Source of the DNA: Chlorokybus atmophyticus
Taxonomy: Eukaryota > Plantae > Mesostigma and Chlorokybus algae
DNA length: 64,000 nucleotides
Assembly: GCA_009103225.1 (NCBI GenBank)
Contig: RHPI01000260.1
Span: 12,225 to 76,224, forward strand
Direction of reading: 5' to 3'
Position numbers and translations under genes: made by a program
Notes under the pieces: generated by a model
The model's input: the letters and a program-made list of their open reading frames with translations, nothing else
Database searches by the model: none
What the model was told of the DNA's origin: nothing
Shown: one piece after another, positions 1-10,951 of the stretch
Layout of the letters: each line of letters starts with the position of its first letter
How positions within the stretch are numbered: position 1 is the stretch's first letter

Positions 1-214
1 GTGGGAAGGGCAGCCAGGGTGGGCGGGGTGGGCGCGGTGGGCGTGGTCGAGGCAGCAAGAAGTAGGTAGCAGAGATACATTGTAGACATCAGTGAATTTG
101 TTGTTCGAGTCAGCTGCCATTCAGCTGACATTGCTGTCCAGATTCACCGGCTGGACTGATTGCTATGTGCTATGTCACAGCTATGCTATGTCACAGCTGT
201 TGACGATAGCAAGA

Positions 215-700
215 TGCAGTGATTATTCAACCAAACTGTAAGTGAATAACCACTTATATGTAGGACTATGTGTGTGAGCAGAAGTGCTGTATGATTCAAT
301 TATCATTCGCGTGAAAAATCGACCAAAGGCAGCAGTGATTGTTCAACCATACTATGGGTGAATAACCACTCATATATAGGACTGTGTGAGAGCAGATATG
401 CTGTATTATTCAATCACAAATCATATGAATAATCACTTGCTAGTATGGTACATGTGCTGTTGAAACAGCTTTAGTATGTGTGAACATTAAGCCAATATGC
501 GTGTGAATAATTACTAATAAGGAGGACCTAGTGTGAGAGCAGGCGCTGTAAACATTCACGCACACAAAGTATGAATAATCACTTGGTGCCATGGTACAAG
601 TCTAGGACCATGTATACCTAAGAAGACTGAATATGCAGTTCTGTTGCGAGTGAATAACTACTCACATGTAGGAGGTTGTGTGCGAGATGGACAATTACTA
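215..700. repeat. Degenerate tandem/subterminal repeats with core (G/A)TGAATAA(C/T)(C/T)ACT
   Basis: The core recurs at about 243, 359, 424, 503, 571 and 651. Copies at ~218-300 and ~336-413 align over ~80 bp (gtgatt.ttcaacca.act...gtgaataaccact.atat.taggact.tgtg.gagcaga..tgctgtat.attcaat). Confidence 0.7.
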
Positions 701-883
701 TTCATGCCCAAAACGTGTGAATATCCATTGCTTGTATTCAGGGCATTTGGCCTGAATAATCAGCAACCGTAATAGCGACCTCTGCAGCCACGCAAGTGGC
801 GAGTTCACACATAAAACAGATGAGTATTCAGGGTAAATGCGCTGAATTTTCAGAAATTTGGGGGGTCCAGAATTACCGGTGTA

Positions 884-2772
884 TTGCGGATGTAGTTGGC
901 AGTGAATACCGCCTCCTTCCACAAACTGTCTTCCATCTTTGTGTCGTTGAGCATGGCTCGAACACGCTCCAAGAGTGTCCTGTTGAGGCGTTCAGCTGCT
1001 CCATCCTGCTGCGGGGTGTAGGGTACCGTTGTCTCGTGGCGTATGCCCTTGCTGGCGAAGAATCCCTTCAACTCCTTGTTGATGTACTCCCCTCCTGGAT
1101 CACTCCTCATTGCCTTCGTCTGATTGCCAGACTGGGTCTCCAACAAGGCCACAACTGTGCGCACAGCTCCAGCAACTTCTGACTTGAGCGTCAATGGAAA
1201 GATGATGGACAGCTTGCGGTAGTCGTCGAGGAATGTAGCAAAGTACCTGGCCCCTCCCTTCGCCACAATGCGCATAGGGCCACAGACATCCATGTGCACA
1301 AGCTCGCAAGGATGCTGACTGCTAGAAGAGGACGATGGGAATGGCATAGCATGCTGCTTTGCAACCAGGCATGGTTCACAAAGTGCGCCTGATGCATTCT
1401 TGAGTTCTTCTGTGCTAAGATGGATGCCCTTGACCATCTTCTCAGCGACAAGGCGAGTGAGGTTGACGTAGCTGAGATGCCCGAACCTTCGATGCCACAA
1501 TGTTGGCGACTCCTTGTCCTTCACCACCATGGCTTGAATGTCAATGTCTTTGGGGTGCTGCTCCACGTGGTAGAGCCCTCCCGGATCAGCGATTCCAACC
1601 ATGTGCACGACCCCATCAAGGATGACTGAGCAGCCACCCTTTCGAAATAGGATCTCCGCGCCTAAGCGCTCCGCAACCCTCACAGAGAATAGACTCGCAA
1701 TAGCCTTAGGAACATGCAGGACGTTGCGTAACAACACCTCGCGTAGTGTGTTACCAACCTTGCACTGGAGTCGTACGTTGCCAACTCCCTCAGCCACCAG
1801 TACTTCGCCACCGAAGCCCGCCACCTTGATTGTGGACGTCAGCTTCCTGTAGCCCTCCATCACCTCCTTGTTTGGTGTGAGATGACGATCGCAGCCAGAG
1901 TCCACCACCCAGAAAGCTGTGCCCGCCCTCGAACTGGATGCAGTAAAGGCGACATGTTTCTCCTTGTGTTGGTGCTCGTTGCCGCTGTTGCTGGTGCTTG
2001 CTCTAGGTTGCCCCTGTTGTTTCTTCCTACAGTCCTTCACAATGTGCCCCTTCCAACCACACCAGTGGCATGTGAGGTCTTTGTGACGAGGATTGCCTGG
2101 CTTGTTGCCCTTGTACTTCTCTTCATGGTTGCTCTTCTTTGCGTGCTTGCCGGTGTAGAAAACGACGGCATCCGCTTGCTCGTCCTTCTTCATCACCCTC
2201 TGCTCCACGGTGAGCAGCTTCGGTAGTACATCGTCCAGTGTCAGCTCCGATGACGATGTCTCCAGCAGTGTTGCAACCTCGTACTGTGCTGGTAGCCCTG
2301 CAACAACAGCCAGCACAACCTCCGTCTCCCCCATGTCGTGGCCGACGTTGATAAGGTCCGCCCACAGCTCTCTCGCACGTGCAACATACTTTGTGATGGG
2401 TTTTGCTGCCTCCTTCTTGAGTGCGCTCAGCTGCTTGCGTAGCTGCAACTTTCTGGCGTTGTTATTGGCTCTGAAAACGGCTGATAGCTTTTTTCAAGCT
2501 TGTCTACCATCTTCACATGCAGTGAGCATGGGAAAGTGATGCGGTTTGCAGTTCAACACAAGCAATGAGTGTGCTTCTGCTGAATGCTCTGACCACACAG
2601 TGTTCGCTCCTGGTAGTGGTGGTGGTGCCTTCGGATCCACATACTTCCACACCTTCTTATGGATGAGCAAGGCCTTCATCTCCACGCACCATGTGTTGTA
2701 GTTGTCGGTGTCCAGCTTTGCAATCTGCCCCTTGTTGTAGGTCGCCTCCATCTTTGTCGTGCCTGCCTTCAC
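884..2772 (-). pseudogene. Copia gag-pol polyprotein (gag, CCHC knuckle, aspartic protease, GAG-pre-integrase, rve integrase), truncated
   Basis: Motifs: KLDTDNYNTWCVEMKALL (gag N-terminus), CHWCGWKGHIVKDC (CX2CX4HX4C), WVVDSGCDRH (protease), LWHRRFGHLSY, CEPCLVAKQH, ELVHMDVCGP, MRSDPGGEY, TPQQDGAAERLNRTL. ORFs 2494-2772 and 850-2448 are in the same frame, separated by one TGA at 2494-2496. Confidence 0.93.
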
Positions 2773-2865
2773 TTGCAGTTGACACCCAAGGCTCTGCTAC
2801 CAACAAGCTACTGTAGTGTAGAACTACTATGCACACACGCTAGTCTCACACTCCTCAAGCGTAGT

Positions 2866-2879
2866 GTGGGCCCATAACC
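2866..2879 (-). promoter_or_regulatory. Primer-binding site GGTTATGGGCCCAC (half-tRNA-iMet type)
   Basis: Directly abuts the LTR CA end. Complementary to the anticodon arm of plant-type initiator tRNA (GUGGGCCCAUAACC). Confidence 0.85.
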
Positions 2880-3115
2880 TGTTGAAGGACTAGCATGCAC
2901 ATGTAGCTGAGGCAAGCATAGACAAATAGAGACAGAGCTACCGCCACCAGAGCATACACAAGACACATCACATTCATCTATTACAAGTTGTCCGCTGGTT
3001 CTTATACCAGCCAGTTACACACACGTCTACGTTTGCAAGCACTGCGTAAGCTTTACTCAGTCTTTTGACGCGCACTAAATTGTGTTGTCTTTCTTACAAC
3101 CGGAGCCTTTCAACA
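2880..3115 (-). repeat. Copia 5' LTR (236 bp)
   Basis: TG...CA termini with a 7-bp inverted repeat (tgttgaa/ttcaaca), adjacent to the PBS. Confidence 0.85.
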
Positions 3116-5980
3116 AGCTCTTACACGCTTAATATGAGTAAGTATACGCGGAGATACAAAGCAGTTAGTAAGGCTCCAGTCTGGAGTCCGGAGTCTGGTC
3201 CGACGACGCCATCTTGCTAAGTCCGGACCTAGTGCTCATCCTTACAACCTTCTACTCCTATGTGGAGGGTCGATGCTGATCGTATGTAGGAATGACTCTC
3301 AACAGTCCAGTGGCGAGGGCTCGAAGTCGATCTGTTGAGCGGGCATGGGTTGCCGCGTTTGACTGGGTGCGCCTTGCAATCGTGCGTGTAATGCCAAGAA
3401 CAACTGAATGGCCAGCTCTAATACTGCAGGTCGCCGGTAGGTGACCCCGAAGGGATGATCCCTCATCTCTGGTGCAGTGCCGGCGAATTTCATCCTCCAG
3501 CTGCTGTTGTGTGGGTTTCGGCAGCGTGTGGTACTCTGGAGGTGGTAGGGGCAAGATGCGATCATCGCGTGCCACGCGCGTGGTGCGTTGCCCCCCTGGT
3601 CCGTACGCAATGGTGGTGGGCTCCACGTTGCGTAGAACCGACGCCCAGGCGCGTTCGGCTTGTGGTCCGCGTGGCACTTGCTGTGTGACGTCAAGCGCTG
3701 GTGGCGGTGCCGTTCGAATCTCAGGAAGTGGTGCAGTGGGTGCGGCAGCACTACTGGAGGCGATGGTGGTGGCACCTGCAGCAGTCGTCGTTCCTGAGGT
3801 GGCGGCTGTGAGGGTGGCAGCAGTTGTGACCGATGAGGTCGCTTCAATAGAGGCAGGAGTGGTGGATTCACCACCCACGAATTCAACGACCACGGTTGTT
3901 GCGGCGTGGGTGCTTTCCATCACCGGGGACAGCGTGGTGCCAAGAGTGCTGGCACCTGCTGTTGTGGTCGGTGTGGACGCCGACGGTGTCGTCGACGGCG
4001 TCGTCCCAGCAGTGGTTGTGGCTGCCGAGGCAGCACCACTTGTGGCGTCCGATGATGCCGCTGTTGACGACGTGCCAGCTTCCCTACGCGCACGTCTTGA
4101 TGGTTGTACGCGTGACGGCGTGGGAGTGTCCCTATCCCGTTTTGGTGCCATCGACGCCCACCTAGCAGCATAGCAGGCTTGATAGTCCTGCTCCTTGTTC
4201 TCCTCCAGCTGTGCCACGCGCGCCATCAGGGCTGCCACTTGGTCAGCAGCTGGTGGATTGGTTGGTGCCTTTACAGCAGCAGCTTCAGCGCGAGGACGTC
4301 CCTTAGGTCCTTTGTGCTGTGGAGGGCGGCTTTTCCCTCTGTAGCCAGCTTCCTCCTTGCGGGCCCCGGCATTGTTGTTGCTGGGGTTGTGGCCACCAGC
4401 GTTGTTGCCAATGTTGCGACCACCAACGTTGTTGCTGTTGTTGTAGCCGCCAGCGTGGTTGCTGTTGTTGTAGCCCCCGTTGTTGTTGTTGTTGTTGTTG
4501 TTGTTGCCGCGGTAGCCAACAGCATTGTTGCCGTTGTTGTAGCCAATAGAGGGCCGCAGCTCTGGGAACTTGAGCTAGCATACTGTCTCCAAGAGTCCCG
4601 TCTTGTGCCAGTAGTCGCACACAAGGTTGCCGTAATCTTCGGTGCACTCCTTTTGGTAGTGGCCATGTCGACCACACCGGTGGCACAGCACTGGAGCCAC
4701 AAGGACAGCATGAGCTGACCGTTTGTCCTTGTTGTGAATGCCGTGCGGCTCTCGGCTGCGGTCCCGCCGAAGAGGCTCTGCACTTGTGCCTGCCATAGGC
4801 CGCGAGGCAATGCGGTTGGTGTCCAGCACCGCTTTCTCATACACTGCGCGCTTATAGATGGCTTGTGCAGTCTCGAAAGCTTCCTTGAGGGTGTAGCCGA
4901 GGGGCCTGCTGTAGTTCAGCGTTAGGCGTGTTTACTCACTCAGGGTGGGATCCAACTCGGCCACATACACCACTGCTGCCGCCTCCTCACTGACGATCTT
5001 GTAGTCAGTGTTTTTAACCAACCCCCTTCCAACCGCGAATACAGTCGGAGAGGGTCCTCGTTGGGCTTCCGTCGAAAACGCCTCAACTCCTCCACCTTGC
5101 TGTTGGTTTGAGGTGGGAAGGTGCGCCGGAGTGCGGCGTAGAGGTCCTTCAACGGGGAGTCCGACATGGCCGCGCCCACCGTAAGCGCGGGTGCACGCAA
5201 TGCCACTGAGCCAAGGGTGAAAAAACTGCCTCCCGCTGAAGCACGCGAGTTCGGTGTTGGTAGCAGGGGCGTACCCATCTCTAATGCTGCAGCTTGCTGC
5301 TCCTCTTGTTGCTCCCTGATGATGGCAGCGGTGCGGTTGAGTATCCTGATCCGGCGCTCGGCCTTCTTGCTTTCGATCTCTGCAGGAGTCAATGAGGCCA
5401 CTACCACCTCAACTTCTTCATTCTCTGCCTTCTCCATGGCTGCAGCTAGAGTGAGACCCGTGACTGAGGCTGGCGGGGTCGCTGCTACAGGGACAGTAAC
5501 CGATGAGCTATGCAGTACCGTGGAGGATATTGTGCTGGCCAATTCGCCATAGCCATCAATCTTATGCAACTCAGCGACGGACTTCCACACATCATGTGCT
5601 TCGTGATCAAGGTATTGAGCGGACACATGAAACGATACCTCATCTATCCAGTCCTTGCTCTTGAGAGCTTGCTGTCGCATCTTGGAGTGGAACTTAATGA
5701 TGATCTCGTCAAGTGAGGTGGTGCCAGGGCGTACGGAGAAGCGTAGGGAGTTGGTTGAGCTGGAAGGCTCCATCTCCTCGTCGTCACTGTCCGACGGTGG
5801 TGGAGATGCTCGTTGTCGAGGAGTGGAGTGAGAGGAGGTGAAGCCGGAGACGGGGCGTGAGCCTCTGCTGCTACGATAATCGCTCCCTTCACTTGCGCGC
5901 TCGTAGGTAAGGTTGGAGGCCGGGCTCCAGCTGTTGAGGTTCCCTTCTTCTATTGGCGAGAAAGGGGTGGGCCTGCTCAT
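3116..5980 (-). mobile_element. Gag-only LTR-retrotransposon-like element (decayed long gag ORF followed by a purine tract and LTR start)
   Basis: ORF pieces 5980-4940, 4844-4575 and 4238-3258; the last two share a frame with one TAG between them. Contains gag-like EELRRFRRKPNEDPLRLYSRL, CHRCGRHGHYQKEC plus a second degenerate knuckle, an Asn/Gly-rich and a Thr/Ala-rich tract. Right after the stop: AGGAGTAGAAGG then TGTAAGG (starting 3246). Confidence 0.55.
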
Positions 5981-6633
5981 ACAGCTGATGCGATGGTGAA
6001 AGTGGATGAAAGGTAGAGTGTTTGTGCTCTACAATGGGATCTCCAATGCTGCTATCACCCAACACACTAGCGCTTGTGCGCGCTATGCGATGACGGTGAC
6101 AACGATGCACTGCGATATGTACAACTACACATTGCGATGCTGATGTGCAGCCTGCAACTACACTCACTTGAGCAAAGAGGGTGACACTGTAAGTCAACAA
6201 GCCACTACTATAGGTAGTGCTGTTTACACAGTTCTTTGCATGAGTGGAAGAGAAATTACACTGTTAAGTGAGGTGAATGAGCACGCAACACGTGGATGCT
6301 ATGCCCTAACTGATGCCAACAAGCACACCGCGACCAAGTACACAAAGCTCACAGCAAAGACAAGCACAGTGCACAAGAACATGCACAGGCTCTCACACGG
6401 TGAGGGGATCCTTGGGAACCGGGACGGTGTGTTTCGTAGTTCAAGCCGCTTCACAAGCTCTTAGCTTTCTCACTTACAGTGTCACCAGCTGATCCGGTAA
6501 ACACTGTGCCTTTTTATACAAGTCAACTCATGACTGTCCAGAACATAAGCTAACGGTCATATCGAGGCTATTTCCACCGGAAATCCCCACTCGATATAGA
6601 ACCCAACTTATAACTGAACTCACAACTGAACAG

Positions 6634-9600
6634 CTACGCGCGGTGCCTATGTAGGCTATGGTCATGAGCTACTTTAAAGGCATGACCTAGCTTCTGGCCA
6701 GTGACGCGCGCGAGTCGCCATGCTGGTAAGCCGGGCGAGGGTCTCGCTGTAGGCATGCCCGATGACGACTGGCATGCCCAGGCGATAGGCATGACAAGAC
6801 TAACATAATGCCGGATGGTTTCCTCAATCACTTAATTGGCGTGTCCTCTCTGACCATCTATCTGTAAATGGTACGCTGTGCTCATGTTCTGTTGAATCTT
6901 TAAGAAGCTGCGTAGCGACTTCTAAAAACTGTCGTGCGACAAGGGACAATGTGAACCATTTTTGTTAAACAATCCACAAAAACTGCAACCGTAGTGTGAC
7001 TCAATGCTGTCTCTGGGAGCTCAGCAATTAAGTCCATACTCACATTTTTTCATTTGCCATAAAAGACCGGCAATGGTCGCAGCAACCCCGCGAGTATCTA
7101 ACGTAACGGCTTGTCACGCTGACATTTGTCAAACGTGTCCACATACCGCTTTACGTCAACAGGCAACGATGGCCACCAATACAACTGCTGCGCTGCCTTA
7201 AGAGTCTTGCGATTGATAAAGTGCCCAGCGTATGGTGGATCGTGTACATCAGCTATGCATTTTACACGCAACTCAGGCATGGTCTGGTATGACAAAACTG
7301 GTGCCCATACAATACATGTTGTCTCATATGTCAAGCTTTTGCATCTTGTCCCCTAACGAGAACCGTGGGTTCAAAGCATATCGTTGCACAGTAGCTTGCA
7401 CAACTCATCATTAGTTGACAATGTACCGCGCGTCGCGAGCAATTGCGCACTCATACCTGCCAGTAATGACGGACAGCGACTCGCTCTAAGTCGGACTCAA
7501 AGGATTAGCAACATAGGTTTTACCTAGCCAATATACCCACTTAAAGGTAAACCGGGACAGAAACTCATTCCAGCGAGCTTGCCTGCATGACAAGTTTTGC
7601 TGTGTTGAGGAATACACCAATGAATTACGATCAGTCACCACTTTGACTTAATCCCCCTCAACATAACATCGCCATGTTTCCGGAGCATGTACTATACCAA
7701 GCAACTGTTGCTTAGTGGTGGTGTAATTTACCTCTGCTGGGATGAACTTCCTACTCTCATAAGCACATGGTCTGCCATCTTGCAACAGTGCTGCACCACA
7801 CCCAAGGGTGGACGCATCGCTAACCACAATGAAATGCTTGTCCCTGTTTGGTAATGCCAACACTGGAGCTGAAGTCAAAGCTAGCTTAACATGTTGCATA
7901 GCAGCTTCTTGTTCAGCTGTCCACAAGTGTGCGGTGCATCTTTTCGCAACACTTTTGTCAAAGGCACCACTGTGGAGTACCTTATTATGACCTTGCAAAA
8001 GTAGTTTGCCTATACCAAGAATAATCGCAGCTGATGGATATTCTTGGGTTGAGGCCAACCCCTTACAACTTACACTTTGCGAGGGTCAGGTTTAACACCC
8101 GCATCGCTCACAATGTGCCCCACGGATGGCAACTCCGTCTTGCAGAAGTTACACTTTGCAAGATGAGTAAACAAGCGATGTGCACGCAGCAAGGCGAACA
8201 CCGCTTCCATGCTGCTCATGATCTTCATTGGTTTTACTGAAGACAATGATGTCATCCAAGTAAACCATATACTTGCAAAGTATGCCACCGAAAATCTTAT
8301 TCAATTTTTTCAAATACTGCGGGCGCATTAGTCAATCCAAAAGGTAACTCTTTGTATTAATAATGGCCTGAAAGTGTTTAAAATGCTGTCGTGTAAACAT
8401 GAGAAGGATGAACCCGGATTTGATGATACCCACTTGTTAGGTCCAGCGTGCTAAAGTACGCACTTTTCGACAATTTTTCAAACACATCATCAATCCGGGG
8501 CAACGGGTATGAATTCTTTACCATGATCTTGTTTAAAGCACATGAATCCACACATGCGCAGTTTTCAATGTGTTTCATCACAAACAAGGTCGGCGCGCCA
8601 AAAGGTGAAGAACTCGATTAATCAATCCCTTTTTTAGTAACACCTTTATTCAAGTTTCCATTTCCCCCCTTTCTTGGGGGCTTTGGCTATATATAGGCCG
8701 AAACGGAGGCTCACTATTAGGAATGAGTGGTATTACGTGTCCGACACCTTGATCAGGAGGTAAGCCTGGCAACTCATATGAGAACACATCTTGGTACTTC
8801 TCAATCATTGATGATGACTGCAACATGATGATGACTGCAACATGATCTGTACTGCCCGGCATAAAGTCGTTCGACCACGTCAAGTTTACCAGAATAGCCG
8901 GTGTATTTTTGCGCAACGCACGTTTCATTGCAGTGCAGTGAGTAGCGCAGCATCGGATTGCTTGTGCTCCAAGCTATGCGCCCCATTCACAAACAATGTT
9001 ACAAGCTTACAACCTTTCTTTACTATGCACAAGCGTGCGCCAGCAACCAATGTCTTTTGAACGTTTTCCTGCCATTTTTGCCCAAATACCACATTAACAC
9101 CTGACATGTTGATGGATACCATTATGAAAGTCAGAGTGGCATGATAACTACCAATTTTTACCTTCAGTTTTACTTGCCCTTTCGCTGGCAACGCACCCCC
9201 CGCACCGGTAGCTGAAAAAGAAAAGCAAATGCTGAGGGTTTACACGTTATCTTGTTGCGCACAACCATTGTTCTTAAACGAAATTCTGTGTTGCACCAAT
9301 GTCAATTAAGAACGAACTGTTTACATCCTGCATTGTGCCACTGAATGTCCACAACAGAGGTACCACTCGTCCATGAAATGTAGCAAGAGTCCATGACTAA
9401 TGCGAGGGGTTGATAAATGTTGCTAACAATCGGCATTATCCCTGTTTTACGCTTGCTAAAATGCTTCAACACAGATTCCCCCACCCCCCCCTTTAAGTAT
9501 GCTTTAACCATGAGCCATAATACTTTGGCATCATTTCCACTATACTCAAGGTTATGTGCTTATTTTAAAACTCAGTCAATGCAACACATCCGTAAGCATG

Positions 9601-10951
9601 CTGAATCCCACATGTACAAAAACACAAGCATTTTCTTCCACTTTTTCAACATCAGAGAGTGGCAACTTGTCATGTGCTTGCCATTCATGCGTCATTATAT
9701 GCACTTGGGAGAGATCATTCAACCAGCTTGCTGCTTGCATCTCAAGCAACTGGCTATCGACCGCACTTACATCACTCACGACGTAATCCTATTTAACCTT
9801 CTTAGCCTTGCCCTTCTAAGCGGGGCAGCTCTTCGCAGTGTGGCCCGGCTGGTGACAGACGTAACATGTGCGAGCCGCAGCGGGTGTAGCACCACCAGTA
9901 GATGTGCCACCGGTAGGAGGCGTGAATATCTTCATCTTTTTTGCCGTGTGTGCACTCGACTGTAACGCTTTCCTCCCACCCATTGCGGCTTGACCGCAGC
10001 TGCCACATGTGCCTTCTCTTGCACCGCTGTATCATGACTGTACAGATACACGCTTAACTTTTGCAGCTTGGCCAATTCTAGAACTCAAGGAAGCCCCGTT
10101 GCCGTGTTGTATTGCAAGTGATCGCGCACACGTGCATCCAAGCCGTGCTTATACAACTAAAACTGCTCAGCCTTGTCCATAAACATCAGGCCACTGTTCA
10201 CGCGACCCATCAATGCTTGAAGCTCCTGCAGATACACGGAAGCCGTCCCGCCATTCTATTGCAACTTGTTGAGCTTGTTGCAAGCTTGAGTAGCCGGATC
10301 CATGCCACTATAGCGCTCCACAAGGAACTTGAATAGTGCCTCCAGTGCCTTGACCGCACCATCCTCTGTCTGCCTCGCATACTCGGCGAGAGAGTCTGAT
10401 GGCATGAGCAACTCAGCAACAGCAATGTGCTCACCAACTGGGCGCTTCAGTGCTGTCAAGTAGTGCTCAACAGTGACCACCCAGTCATGGATGCTGACAC
10501 TGCCGTTGGGCTTGAACTTTTCAGGCTTGTTCAGCGCCGTAACCGGCAGCCCCGCTGATGCACAAGCTGCTGAAGTAGCACCCTCCACCAGTTGGCGCAG
10601 CGCCACCAACTCAGACTGCATAGCATCGAGGTGGGCCTTCAGCTTTACTCGGCCAGTCAACTTGTGATCCGCGTCAGGTCCCAAGTACTGGAACACATCC
10701 TTGCAATGTTGTGAGGTTCCCACCACCAAGTTGGCCAAGCCCTCAAACGCCATTCGCTTTCCTTGGTAAGGGAGAGGCTTATCATATACGATTATGAGAG
10801 CAGCCACTCTCGAATAACCTCGCACGAGTGGCGGGATGTTGTTCATCAACTCGTGCTCAAGCATGGGGATCACCATCTCCTTGCTTGCGCGGAGGAGTGT
10901 GGCAAAGTCTGTCTCATAGCCAATATGAACCTTGTGCGCCATGCATCCCAC
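6634..10951 (-). mobile_element. Decayed Ty3/gypsy retrotransposon (gag, PR region, RT, RNase H, integrase) with many stops and frameshifts
   Basis: Order gag (10951-10256, PEKFKPNGSVSIHDWV), RT (YPLPRIDDVF, FSTLDLTSGYHQIRV, 8587-8070), RNase H (VSDASTLGCGAALLQDGRPCAYESRK, 8058-7648), integrase zinc finger (HDPPYAGH...YWWPSL...KCQRDK, 7334-7098), integrase core remnant (EETIRHYVS). RT-RH-IN order is gypsy-type. LTRs not confidently located. Confidence 0.9.

Larger units (their letters stand above)
884..3115 (-). mobile_element. Ty1/copia LTR retrotransposon, 5' half only (5' LTR, PBS, gag-PR-IN); RT/RH and 3' LTR are absent
   Basis: LTR 2880-3115 is bounded by TGTTGAA...TTCAACA. PBS lies at 2866-2879. 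The ORF has copia domain order and is cut mid-integrase at ~883. Confidence 0.93.

Noticed and set aside
215-700. Spaced repeats superficially like a CRISPR array
   Set aside because: The repeats are degenerate, the intervening sequences are themselves similar, the context is eukaryotic, and there are no cas genes.
3299-4840. Many overlapping poly-Q/T/V/C ORFs
   Set aside because: They are alternative-frame and antisense readings of the (AAC)n and Thr/Ala-rich gag tract, not independent genes.
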